Shown here: positions 29,694 to 38,693 of the stretch, one piece after another
Layout of the letters: each line of letters begins with the position of its first letter
How positions within the stretch are numbered: position 1 is the first letter of the stretch
Program-made: the position numbers and the translations under genes
Assembly (NCBI GenBank): GCA_048634345.1
Contig: JAIWAP010000003.1
Location: 1-40,457, forward strand
DNA length: 40,457 bases
Direction: 5' to 3'
From: Methanobacteriota archaeon
Lineage (GTDB): Archaea; Halobacteriota; Methanosarcinia; Methanosarcinales; Methanogasteraceae
Notes under the pieces: generated by a model
What the model was told of the DNA's origin: nothing
The model's database searches: none
What the model saw: only the letters and a program-made list of their open reading frames with translations

Positions 29694-30932
29694 TCACAAT
29701 CCCGCGTTCTTTTCAGCCACCAGAATTACTGTGTCATAAGTAAAAAGCAACCGCCCGTCAGCGTCAAAACGGACATTGAGACCTGTTCTGTCATCTCCAA
29801 TCGAATCAATCATCGTGCGTCGCATCTGCTCGACGATTTCGTCTCCGGGATCGGCGATGCCCGCCCATTCATCAAAATATAAGTCAGCATCCCAGTTTCT
29901 TGCGTGAATCATCTTCAGTCCGGCATCGCGAAACATTCCTTCCAGTTCTGACTGCGGATACAGCCGGACATGGGACGGATCACGAATCTGCTCGATTTCA
30001 TTGTGGTACTTGCTCTTTGCAGTATCCCCAGACGAAAGCCCGTCCACGAGTACGATCGTTCCGCCGCCTTTACAGACACGAACCATTTCTGATATCACTT
30101 TTCCCGGGTTCGTAAAATGGTGGAATGCGAATCTACAGGAGACGATATCGAAAGACCCATCATCAAACTCAAGGGATTCAGCATCCATCATCTCAAAAGT
30201 GACGTTGGTAAGTTTCCTTTCATCACGGATTCCTTTTGCAATATCAATCATGTCACGCGTTATGTCGCAGCCGGTGACCTCAAAAACCCTGTCTGCAAGC
30301 TCAAACGCCATAAATCCGTTCCCTGTTGCGATATCAAGCACCTTATCAGATCTTTTCGGTGCAGCCAGATCAACGATCAGGTTCAGGTGATCTTTATTCG
30401 CTAAAATGCTGCTCTTTGAATATGCGGCTGACTGCCTGCCAAACCGCTCCTTTGCAGACTCTTTCTTGCGGTGGGCAACAAGACCCCCGTCCAGCAGGAT
30501 CTCGCGCAGGAAATCGGGCATCTTTGTCCCGGTATACTTGCAACCACCTGCCTCAACGATTCCATTCTCGATATCGATCTCGATCGCGTCCCCCTGCTCA
30601 CAGGAGATCGTTGTTCCGGTTTCTAGAATCGGAAGACCGATGTTTATTGCGTTTCTGAAAAAAATACGTGCGAATGTTGCTGCTACAACACATCCGACGC
30701 CAGCATGTTTGATCGCAAGCACTGCCTGCTCTCTTGATGACCCGCATCCGAAATTCCTGCCGGCGACGATGATGTCTCCCTTCTCTACCTTTCCTGCAAA
30801 TTCAGGATCGATACCTTCGAGCACATGATCGGCAAATACCTGCAGATCGGTGGTGCGCAGGTATTTGCCAGGGATGATCGCATCGGTATCGATGTCATCT
30901 CTGAATATCCAGGCTTTTCCTTTTATTTTCAA
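29694..30932 (-). CDS. hacB: Fusion of homoaconitase/isopropylmalate isomerase small subunit (aa ~1-157) with a class I SAM-dependent methyltransferase (aa ~158-412)
   Basis: N-terminal part: [47 protein letters not shown]-terminal part: [54 protein letters not shown]. One continuous ORF. Confidence 0.88.
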   Translation of the reverse strand: MKIKGKAWIFRDDIDTDAIIPGKYLRTTDLQVFADHVLEGIDPEFAGKVEKGDIIVAGRNFGCGSSREQAVLAIKHAGVGCVVAATFARIFFRNAINIGLPILETGTTISCEQGDAIEIDIENGIVEAGGCKYTGTKMPDFLREILLDGGLVAHRKKESAKERFGRQSAAYSKSSILANKDHLNLIVDLAAPKRSDKVLDIATGNGFMAFELADRVFEVTGCDITRDMIDIAKGIRDERKLTNVTFEMMDAESLEFDDGSFDIVSCRFAFHHFTNPGKVISEMVRVCKGGGTIVLVDGLSSGDTAKSKYHNEIEQIRDPSHVRLYPQSELEGMFRDAGLKMIHARNWDADLYFDEWAGIADPGDEIVEQMRRTMIDSIGDDRTGLNVRFDADGRLLFTYDTVILVAEKNAGL

Positions 30933-31723
30933 TTCAGAACGACCAGTGGATGTCTTCCCTTTGCCTTTGGCTTCTCTTTGTGCGGCTCTCTGATGATCTC
31001 GGTGTACTCATCCATCTCCTCCTTGCCGTTCACGAAGATTGCCGTGAAGTACTTCATGGTTCTTGGATCCATTCCAAGGAATCCGAAGTGCAGCGCGAGT
31101 TCGACTATGAACCAGTACATCGCCAACAGGTGGATCGTGCGCACAAATCCGATCGGGGACATGTTGAACAACGGGGATACATATCCAACGCCCACGAGAA
31201 TCGCCGGTTCGACAATGGTCTGCCAGATAGCGAATTCAGGATTGTACATGATCACACCGGATATGACGATCAGCACGACCGCAATGTTCTCAGGAATCAC
31301 CATCAGTTTGATGAACGGGTGCAGTTTGTTCTTGTAGTGCCCCGACTCCTCGTCGACGATGACGAATCGCGGATACTCTGCCTTACCAAAGAGACTGAGA
31401 AACTGATTCTTTAGCTGGATCGCATCAGGTATGAAGAATATCTCTGAGAGAAGATGCCCGCTCGTGATCAGATTGTATGGAATAAATATCCAGACTGCCA
31501 TGATGAATATGAGCGCGGCAAACATGTGGAACAGGCGCACGGTTTCATACGGGATGAGCTGCCATGCGTTTGCTGACGCTTCCATCACTGTACACATGTT
31601 GAACTGCTTTGCCATGTACCAGCCAGTGATGATAAGGGTCACACACGAAAATAAATGGAATGCATGCGCACGCATACCTTTCGGATCATATCGTTCGGTT
31701 ACTAAACCTGTACTTTGTGACAT
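30929..31723 (-). CDS. vhtC: VhtC/VhoC-like di-heme cytochrome b (methanophenazine-interacting type), orphan
   Basis: ERY...[49 protein letters not shown]...KYFTAIF match Methanosarcina VhtC as recalled. AGGAGG SD before ATG 31723. Confidence 0.8.
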   Translation of the reverse strand: MSQSTGLVTERYDPKGMRAHAFHLFSCVTLIITGWYMAKQFNMCTVMEASANAWQLIPYETVRLFHMFAALIFIMAVWIFIPYNLITSGHLLSEIFFIPDAIQLKNQFLSLFGKAEYPRFVIVDEESGHYKNKLHPFIKLMVIPENIAVVLIVISGVIMYNPEFAIWQTIVEPAILVGVGYVSPLFNMSPIGFVRTIHLLAMYWFIVELALHFGFLGMDPRTMKYFTAIFVNGKEEMDEYTEIIREPHKEKPKAKGRHPLVVLN

Positions 31724-31897
31724 GTGATGCCTCCTTCTGTTGCCTCCGCGGCAACATGCGATATACGGATTGATCGCTTTTAAATGTTGTGGTTTGGAGT
31801 GGCGCATGGCGAATATTTATCACCAATCATCAGGGCAGGGGTTGCTGTGATTGACCCGTGGAAAGTGATAATATATACCTTGATATAAGTCCGTATT

Positions 31898-32962
31898 GTG
31901 AAAAACGAAAAGCAGATCATCGAAGCTGCCATGTTTGCTTCGGATCGCTCGATTGACATAAGACAGTTGAGTGAGTTAATCGGGGAACCTGTGGATGAAA
32001 CCACCCTGATCCTGAACGAGCTGGTCGAAGAGTACGGCAGGCGAGAATCCGGGCTTGAAATCCTGAAATCAAGCGATACAAAATATTTGATGCGAGTTAG
32101 ACCTGAATATGTCGAATATGTGAAATCGTTCGCCCCAAAGGAACTGCCCACACCAGTTCTCCGAACGTTATCGATGATTGCGTACCATCAGCCAGTAAAA
32201 CAATCGGACATTGTGAGAATTCGTGGAAACTCGACTTATTCGCACATACACACCTTAAGCGAGATGGGGCTGATCGCATCGACTCCGAATGGACATACAA
32301 AACTTCTCACAACGACGCCCGGATTTGCAGAATACTTTGGTCTGGATTCGAGCAATCCTGATGCGATCCGGACTGCGCTGAAGGCGAGGCTGGCGGCACG
32401 GATCGGCGTGACCCCGATGTATGAATCGCTTTTGCATCGTTATGGGGTGCCGTGTGTCACGGTCAATGCTTATAACCCGTCTGCCGAAGATATTGCATTA
32501 TTAACTGACGTTCACACGCTTATTATCTCAAAAGGCTACTTGGATAAGGTCAAGAAGCATTTTTCAGGAGAGATCATCGAGATTGCGTCCACCACCTTTG
32601 ACGACCTGCTGCAATCAGCGGAACCGATCGGCAGGTATGGCACGAAACGTGATGTTTCAAAAGTTATCTCCGAATTAAATGAGTTGAATGAGAAGTATCA
32701 TGCAAGATCGAGAAAAATGGATGTGGAACTGGACATCAAGGTAAAACCAGCATCGGAAATGGCATCTCACATCTTAAACGATCTCGGATTCACGATATCG
32801 CAAACAGGAGTGACAGTGGTGCCGGATTATCTCGATGCGGGCGATGCAGGCAGCATCACGTTTCCCACACACAGCAATGCGTCAGCCGACGTGATCGAGC
32901 GCATCTGCGCCAGATACGATGCGATCCTCGAAGGGTTGCAGAGCGGGTGTCCGCGCAGGTGA
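31898..32962 (+). CDS. scpB: SMC-Scp complex subunit ScpB with a ~190-aa C-terminal extension
   Basis: IIEAAMFAS, LRTLSMIAYHQPVKQSDIVRIRG and TTPGFAEYFGL define ScpB (about 165 aa); an extra domain follows. Confidence 0.88.
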   Translation: MKNEKQIIEAAMFASDRSIDIRQLSELIGEPVDETTLILNELVEEYGRRESGLEILKSSDTKYLMRVRPEYVEYVKSFAPKELPTPVLRTLSMIAYHQPVKQSDIVRIRGNSTYSHIHTLSEMGLIASTPNGHTKLLTTTPGFAEYFGLDSSNPDAIRTALKARLAARIGVTPMYESLLHRYGVPCVTVNAYNPSAEDIALLTDVHTLIISKGYLDKVKKHFSGEIIEIASTTFDDLLQSAEPIGRYGTKRDVSKVISELNELNEKYHARSRKMDVELDIKVKPASEMASHILNDLGFTISQTGVTVVPDYLDAGDAGSITFPTHSNASADVIERICARYDAILEGLQSGCPRR

Positions 32963-33031
32963 GGGGGGTTGTGGCGGTGTGAATTTATATGCTCGCGCAA
33001 GAGTGCAACAATCGATCAGAAACACGTCCTG

Positions 33032-33112
33032 AAAAACGATTTTTTCACAAAAAATCGAGTAAAAACTGCCCTTCGGGTGGGGGCCGGTGATATACTTTTT
33101 CACAAATGAAAA
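33032..33112 (+). repeat. ~80-bp dispersed double-hairpin repeat, copy C
   Basis: Near-identical to 24860-24939 (about 7 differences). Confidence 0.88.
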
Positions 33113-33247
33113 AGCGAACCGCTTTTGCGCACTTGCGGGTGGGCCGGGGGTATTCGGAGAGAACGCATGCAGGCTGCTGAAGGAGGTACTCGAATACGAT
33201 CAGAGGTGCATCCGGATGTGTTGGTATTATATAATATATATTTAAAT

Positions 33248-33347
33248 GACGGGTGTGATAGAAACTCCGTACCTGCGGTATGCAGGAAACTGACCCCGGG
33301 TTTGTCTGGGAAAACAGCAACACAGAGCAACTGGTACACTACTTTTT
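33248..33347 (+). ncRNA. Candidate structured small RNA or pyrBI leader
   Basis: Follows a TATA-like tract (33226-33247). Contains hairpins cctgc-ggtat-gcagg and ctg-a-ccccggg..ctggg-aaaa-cag, with gtacc/ggtac able to close the structure (competing with the first hairpin). Ends at a T5 run. Confidence 0.3.
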
Positions 33348-33394
33348 AATACATGAAAACGACTATATACAGGTGATGGAAGGACGGGAATAAT

Positions 33395-34306
33395 GTGAAT
33401 CCGATACAACACATCATTAATATACAGAGTTTTTCGCGCGGTGAGATCGACCGAATTTTAGACCGTGCCGCACAACTCGAGCCGATTGCACACGGCGGAG
33501 CGTCTGATATCCTGGCTGGTAGGATACTTGCGACGCTATTCTACGAACCAAGTACCAGAACCCGGCTTTCGTTTGATGTAGCGATGAAACGGCTTGGCGG
33601 CAATGTCATCGATTTTGGTCCGACTGAAGGGTCATCGGTTGCGAAGGGCGAGAACCTTGCAGACACCATCTCAGTTATGGCAGGGTATGCCGATGCAATC
33701 GTTCTGCGGCACCCGAGAGAGGGTGCAGCACGGATGGCGTCTGAATTCTCGTCAGTTCCGGTCATAAATGCAGGCGATGGCGCAGGACAGCATCCGACAC
33801 AGACGCTTCTGGACCTGTACACGATACGAAAGGAAAGCAAACTAAATAAAGTGAAGATCGCAATTGTCGGGGATCTCAAGTATGGCAGAACCGTTTATTC
33901 ACTCACACATGCGCTTTCCCTGTACAACGCCGAGATATATCTTGTCGCGCCAGATCAATTGAGGATGCCTGATTCGATGAAACGTGACCTGACGAACGAA
34001 GGGGCAAAAATCACGGAAACCGGAAATCCGGACGACGTTATTGGCTTGGTGGATGTGCTGTACATCACAAGGATTCAGAAGGAGCGGTTCCCTGACCCCA
34101 GCGAGTACCAGGCAGTCGCCGGGAGCTATAAAATAACAGAAGAGACGTTAAAGGATGCAAAAGACGATTTAATCATCATGCATCCGCTTCCAAGATTGGA
34201 CGAGATCGATCCCGGGGTTGACAAAAGCAGACATGCGGTATACTTCAAACAATCATTCTATGGCGTGCCTGTGCGCATGGCGATTCTCTCGATGGTGATG
34301 GGATGA
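33395..34306 (+). CDS. pyrB: Aspartate carbamoyltransferase catalytic subunit
   Basis: FYEPSTRTRLSF, INAGDG..QHPTQ.LLD, GDLKYGRTV, TRIQKERF, MHPLPR. Confidence 0.98.
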   Translation: MNPIQHIINIQSFSRGEIDRILDRAAQLEPIAHGGASDILAGRILATLFYEPSTRTRLSFDVAMKRLGGNVIDFGPTEGSSVAKGENLADTISVMAGYADAIVLRHPREGAARMASEFSSVPVINAGDGAGQHPTQTLLDLYTIRKESKLNKVKIAIVGDLKYGRTVYSLTHALSLYNAEIYLVAPDQLRMPDSMKRDLTNEGAKITETGNPDDVIGLVDVLYITRIQKERFPDPSEYQAVAGSYKITEETLKDAKDDLIIMHPLPRLDEIDPGVDKSRHAVYFKQSFYGVPVRMAILSMVMG

Positions 34307-34776
34307 AACAGGAAAACCAGCCTGAAAACCGGGAACTGCGGGTCAGGAGGATCCGAAACGGCACGGTGATCGATCATATCGCTGCAGGGCAGGCGCTGAA
34401 TGTGCTGCGCATATTAGGCATCACCGACCGATCGACAGAGGTGATGAGCGTGGTCATGAACGTCTCTAACCGGACGAAAGATATCGTTAAGATCGAGGAT
34501 CGAGAATTAAATCCCGGAGAAGTGGATGAAATTGCATTGATCTCACCTGATGCGATTATCAACATCATACGCGACTACAAGGTCGTGGAAAAGTACAAGG
34601 TGATTCTTCCAACAGAGATCGAGGGAGTGGTCAGGTGTATGAACCCAAACTGCATCACAAACACCGATGAGCCGGTTAAACCGCGGTTTACGATACATCG
34701 TGGCGATGGAGTCGAACTGCACTGCATGTACTGCAGAAGGATAATCACAGATCGGATTGCGGATTTCCTTATTTGA
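34303..34776 (+). CDS. pyrI: Aspartate carbamoyltransferase regulatory subunit
   Basis: LRVRRIRNGTVIDHI, KDIVKIE, and Zn ligands CMNPNCIT...CMYC. ATGA overlap with pyrB. Confidence 0.97.
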   Translation: MKQENQPENRELRVRRIRNGTVIDHIAAGQALNVLRILGITDRSTEVMSVVMNVSNRTKDIVKIEDRELNPGEVDEIALISPDAIINIIRDYKVVEKYKVILPTEIEGVVRCMNPNCITNTDEPVKPRFTIHRGDGVELHCMYCRRIITDRIADFLI

Positions 34777-34836
34777 CGGATGAAAGATTAATATATCAAA
34801 TAACACCACCTAATTTAATTGCAGAGGGTGATTACG

Positions 34837-35658
34837 ATGATTGAACATGCACTATGGGCGGCACTCCTACTCTTGATCATAGCATCGGCGCTGCCCGGAC
34901 AGTACCGGCGGTACCGATTTCTTGCAGGATCCACGGGCTGGGGCTTCTTTGCGATCCACTGGCTAATCCAGCCGGCGCATTATATCGAGATTGGTGATTA
35001 CGTAAACGTCCTGCTGGTGCTGGGCGTGGCGGTCTTCTGCATGATCATTGCCCATGCGATGTACCGGAATTACAAGCATAGCGTGGACGATGGGGACATT
35101 CTCCTGACGATAACGACTGCAGCAGCGCTTGGCGGTCTGTTTTACTATCCGTTTGCCAGAATAGAGTTTCTCAACACGTTCCTGATCTCTGTAGTCACAG
35201 AACAGGTCGTGTATGTCCTGCACCTGTTCAGCGTGCCGGCACAACTGGTTGATTGGAATCAGATCGAACTAAACTACCACACGATTACGATTATTCTTGC
35301 ATGTACCGCGATCGAAAGCATCGCAATATTCATCGGACTGATCTTCTGTGTCCGTGCACCTATGAAAAGGACCATGATCGCATTTATTGCCTCGGTTCCA
35401 ATGATTTACGCACTGAATATGGTCAGAAACGTATTTGTCGTGGTTGCTTTTGGGTATATGTGGTTTGGCGAGCGTAGTTTTCAGATTGCACACCACATTA
35501 TCGCGAAGATCGGCGCAGGAATCGCACTCTTCGTGATCGCGTATATTGTTTTGCAGATGCTTCCCGAACTATTGAGCGCAATCGACCAGTTGTTTGCGAT
35601 CGTGCGCAGATACTTAACTACTATAACCACTCGCAATGAGCGCGAGGATGGGCTATGA
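34837..35658 (+). CDS. artA: Archaeosortase A
   Basis: Multi-TM protein with the Cys/Arg/His-type motifs IILACTAIESIA, LNMVRNVFV and AHHIIAK; adjacent to psd and pssA. Confidence 0.9.
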   Translation: MIEHALWAALLLLIIASALPGQYRRYRFLAGSTGWGFFAIHWLIQPAHYIEIGDYVNVLLVLGVAVFCMIIAHAMYRNYKHSVDDGDILLTITTAAALGGLFYYPFARIEFLNTFLISVVTEQVVYVLHLFSVPAQLVDWNQIELNYHTITIILACTAIESIAIFIGLIFCVRAPMKRTMIAFIASVPMIYALNMVRNVFVVVAFGYMWFGERSFQIAHHIIAKIGAGIALFVIAYIVLQMLPELLSAIDQLFAIVRRYLTTITTRNEREDGL

Positions 35659-36302
35659 TGATCAAGCTTGCAGAAGGCTCGATCAGGTGGATCGTCTCGG
35701 CAGCGTTCTGTACCCTGACGTCAGCTCTGCTCATCAGCGTCGATGAAAGGATGCGAACCGTTACGTATCTCTTTATTTTACTGACGATATTCTTTATCGG
35801 GTTTTTCCGGGATCCGCACCGCACACCAGACCCGCATCCCGGCGTTACCGACGATTGCGCAATGCTTGCGCCGGCTGATGGTAGGGTCATGGCGATCAAG
35901 AATGGTGCGGTACAGATCTTCATGAACTTTCATGACGTGCATGTCAACAGGGCACCGGTTTCCGGCAGGATCAAAGCAATCAAATACACGAAAGGGAGTC
36001 ACATCCCGGCTTTCACGAAGGATTCACTCAGAAACGAGCGAAACGAGATCGTTATCGAAAATGATGGATTTGATTGCACAGTCACTCAGATCGCCGGAAC
36101 GATAACGCGCAGAATCGTCCCTTACGTCGCAGAAGGTGATTTCGTGCAGCGGGGCGGGCGTGTTGGCATGATCAGATTCGGTTCAAGGGTGGACATGACC
36201 CTGCCGCCCGGATTTGAGCCTGCTATACGTAAAGGGGACAAAGTGCGCGCTGGCGAGACTGTAATCGCCATAAAAACGTCAGGAACGAGTAGCGATGAAT
36301 GA
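35655..36302 (+). CDS. psd: Archaetidylserine (phosphatidylserine) decarboxylase proenzyme
   Basis: FFRDPHR, APADGRV, IFMNFHDVHVNRAP, QIAG..RRIV, and cleavage motif RFGSRVD. Confidence 0.93.
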   Translation: MMIKLAEGSIRWIVSAAFCTLTSALLISVDERMRTVTYLFILLTIFFIGFFRDPHRTPDPHPGVTDDCAMLAPADGRVMAIKNGAVQIFMNFHDVHVNRAPVSGRIKAIKYTKGSHIPAFTKDSLRNERNEIVIENDGFDCTVTQIAGTITRRIVPYVAEGDFVQRGGRVGMIRFGSRVDMTLPPGFEPAIRKGDKVRAGETVIAIKTSGTSSDE

Positions 36303-36996
36303 GCGTATCCGGAATGGAACCGACCTGAATATACTGAGGCTGGTTCGCATGCCAGACCTGATCACGATCTTAAATGTGCTGTTTGGATTCACAGCCATCC
36401 TATATCTGCTGAACGGTGATCCGGGCGGCGCTGCAATCATGGTTCTGGCTGCTGCGCTCGCAGACGGCGTGGACGGCGCCGTTGCAAGACGTGTTGAATT
36501 GGGAGTTATGGGAGAACACCTTGACTCGTTTGCAGACGCCATCTCATTTGGAGTAGCCCCTGCGCTCATCTATTATACAATGGTTGGCACCGATCACCAC
36601 ACGACTGCATGTGGTTTCTCTGCCGCATATCTTGTCTGCGGAGTGCTCCGGCTCTCCAGATTTGGGATATTGGATGATGATGAGTTTCGCGGGCTTCCGA
36701 TCACCGCAGCAGGTACATTTGCTGCGCTGTTATTATATTTAATTGATTATATCCATTATCCGCAGTACGTGATGACCGGTGTGTTTGCCGGATTATCGGT
36801 GCTGATGGTCAGCAATATACCGTATCCGAAGATCAGATCGGTCAGGATACTGGTGCCGCTTACTATTGTGTTCGTCCTCACAATCATCGCACATTACGGC
36901 GGACTTTGCGACTGGTTTGCATGGATTCTCGCAGGGCTAGTCGGGTGTTATCTGTTAAGCCCGCTGGTCTGGCATGGTCCGAATCGCCGGGGCTGA
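36295..36996 (+). CDS. pssA: Archaetidylserine synthase (CDP-alcohol phosphatidyltransferase)
   Basis: PDLITILN, DGVDGAVAR...GEHLDSFADAISFGVAP, LRLSRF, FRGLP, LMVS. Confidence 0.93.
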   Translation: MNERIRNGTDLNILRLVRMPDLITILNVLFGFTAILYLLNGDPGGAAIMVLAAALADGVDGAVARRVELGVMGEHLDSFADAISFGVAPALIYYTMVGTDHHTTACGFSAAYLVCGVLRLSRFGILDDDEFRGLPITAAGTFAALLLYLIDYIHYPQYVMTGVFAGLSVLMVSNIPYPKIRSVRILVPLTIVFVLTIIAHYGGLCDWFAWILAGLVGCYLLSPLVWHGPNRRG

Positions 36997-37182
36997 CATC
37001 ATCGAGTCTTGCTGGCAGTCCCTGCTTGATTCAGGATAGAAGTCCTCGTTATATGTCTCCTGACTATCGATATCATCGATCAGATCGCCCTGCACAGATG
37101 AGTGTTTCGTTCAACGTTTCGTACATAAGTTGTGCCGGTACGTTATGGGTTGTATGCATCACGTTTCGCGGGTTTGCGGACT

Positions 37183-37893
37183 TCACCGCCCATATCTTCG
37201 CTGACGCTTCTGATAGTCCCGTATGATCCGGAGGAAGTCCAGTATTCGTATCTCGGCGAAATTCACATCTGTGAAATATAACTCAGAATAGATCGTCTGC
37301 CATATCAAAAAATCGGTCAGAGACTTCCCGCCTGCACGAATGACCAGATCCGGTTTATATTTGAAAATGAGGTGAGATTCGATCATATCCGTATTGATGT
37401 CATCAAAATCAGTTTCTCCGGACTCCACCTTCTTTAAAATATCTTTTATCGCATCGGTAAGCTCAAGTTTTCCACCATACCCGATCGAGATATCGAGTTT
37501 GACCCTACAATCCACGTCCATGTCCGCGTCCATGCCCCGATCAATGTCCACGTCCCCGCCCTCGCTGTGGTCTATGGTAGAGATCATTCTTGCCCCAGAA
37601 TCGTCCCTGACATACATCCTTACAATCAGATCGGTTTTATCCAGTCTATCAACGATTCGAGAGGTTACATCCTCTTTCAGACCTTCATCTACGGTCACAG
37701 CGATGTAAACGATGAGTGATTTGATGCCGAGGTCTGCGCACCATAAAACAAAGGATCGCAGTTTTTCGATCCCGACTTGTGTGGAAATATCGCTCTCGGT
37801 CATCACGAGCGTCAGTCCGGCAGGCATGTTGTGCCTGACGACCCGGGAGTGCAGCCGGTATTCGTAGATGCGCTCGTAGATGCGTTGGAGCAT
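37183..37893 (-). CDS. cis-prenyltransferase-like protein lacking the catalytic DGNRR motif (NgBR/Nus1-like subunit)
   Basis: ISIGYGGK.EL, PDLVIRAGG..LTDFLIWQ..YSELYF and C-terminal RQRRYGR are present. The N-terminal P-loop reads VMTESD instead of IMDGNRR. Confidence 0.85.
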   Translation of the reverse strand: MLQRIYERIYEYRLHSRVVRHNMPAGLTLVMTESDISTQVGIEKLRSFVLWCADLGIKSLIVYIAVTVDEGLKEDVTSRIVDRLDKTDLIVRMYVRDDSGARMISTIDHSEGGDVDIDRGMDADMDVDCRVKLDISIGYGGKLELTDAIKDILKKVESGETDFDDINTDMIESHLIFKYKPDLVIRAGGKSLTDFLIWQTIYSELYFTDVNFAEIRILDFLRIIRDYQKRQRRYGR

Positions 37894-37960
37894 GACAGGT
37901 TATTCGGGCTTAACGGTGTTATCATTTGTGCGGATCGCAGTTTTTGCGCGGGTTAATTAT

Positions 37961-38635
37961 ATGCCCACGCGGTGCACAATTCCGGATGTGAGAAGACCGA
38001 AGCATTACAGGGACGATTGCGACCGGATCGCATTCATGTATGACCCCCTTGTCAGATCTCTTTCTGCCTTCATCGGCGGAGAACGGGGTCTGGAGGCGAT
38101 GCGGACCTCTGTCATCGACGAGATGGGAGTAACACCGGGCACAAAGGTTCTGGACGTCTGCTGCGGCACCGGTGTGATGTGTGCGATGATTGCGGATGTG
38201 GCAGGGGCTGGTGGAGAGGTGGTCGGCGTTGATCTGTCCGAAAAGATGCTTAAAAAAGCAGAGAAGAGGAAAAAAGATAATGTGCGGTTCTGCCTCTCGA
38301 ATGCAGAGGAGATCCCTTACGAGGATGGATATTTTGACTGCGCATCCATAACATTCGGCTTGCATGAGATGCCGTATCAGGTGCGGATGAACGTGCTTTG
38401 CGAGATGCGGAGGGTTATAAAGCCGGGCGGGAAGATCGCGGTCCTTGATTATTCATATCCCACAAATAAACTGATCCGGTGCCTGTTTAATATCTGGATG
38501 TTTGTGGAAGGAGAAACAGCGAAAGACTTCATCAAAAGGGATTTGTCCTCGATGATCCGGGATGCCGGATTTAATTTTATCGAAAAATCCGTCTGTTCAT
38601 ATAACACAGTTCAGATTGTGAGCGGTGTGAGGTGA
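37961..38635 (+). CDS. Class I SAM-dependent methyltransferase (UbiE/MenG-like)
   Basis: VLDVCCGTG, VVGVDLSEKML, NAEEIPYEDGYFD, FGLHEM, EMRRVIKPGG. Confidence 0.9.
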   Translation: MPTRCTIPDVRRPKHYRDDCDRIAFMYDPLVRSLSAFIGGERGLEAMRTSVIDEMGVTPGTKVLDVCCGTGVMCAMIADVAGAGGEVVGVDLSEKMLKKAEKRKKDNVRFCLSNAEEIPYEDGYFDCASITFGLHEMPYQVRMNVLCEMRRVIKPGGKIAVLDYSYPTNKLIRCLFNIWMFVEGETAKDFIKRDLSSMIRDAGFNFIEKSVCSYNTVQIVSGVR

Positions 38636-38693
38636 TGTGAGCGGGGTTAATGTAAGAGGGGTTGGCGTGAGACTTGCGTGATGTGAGATAGAG

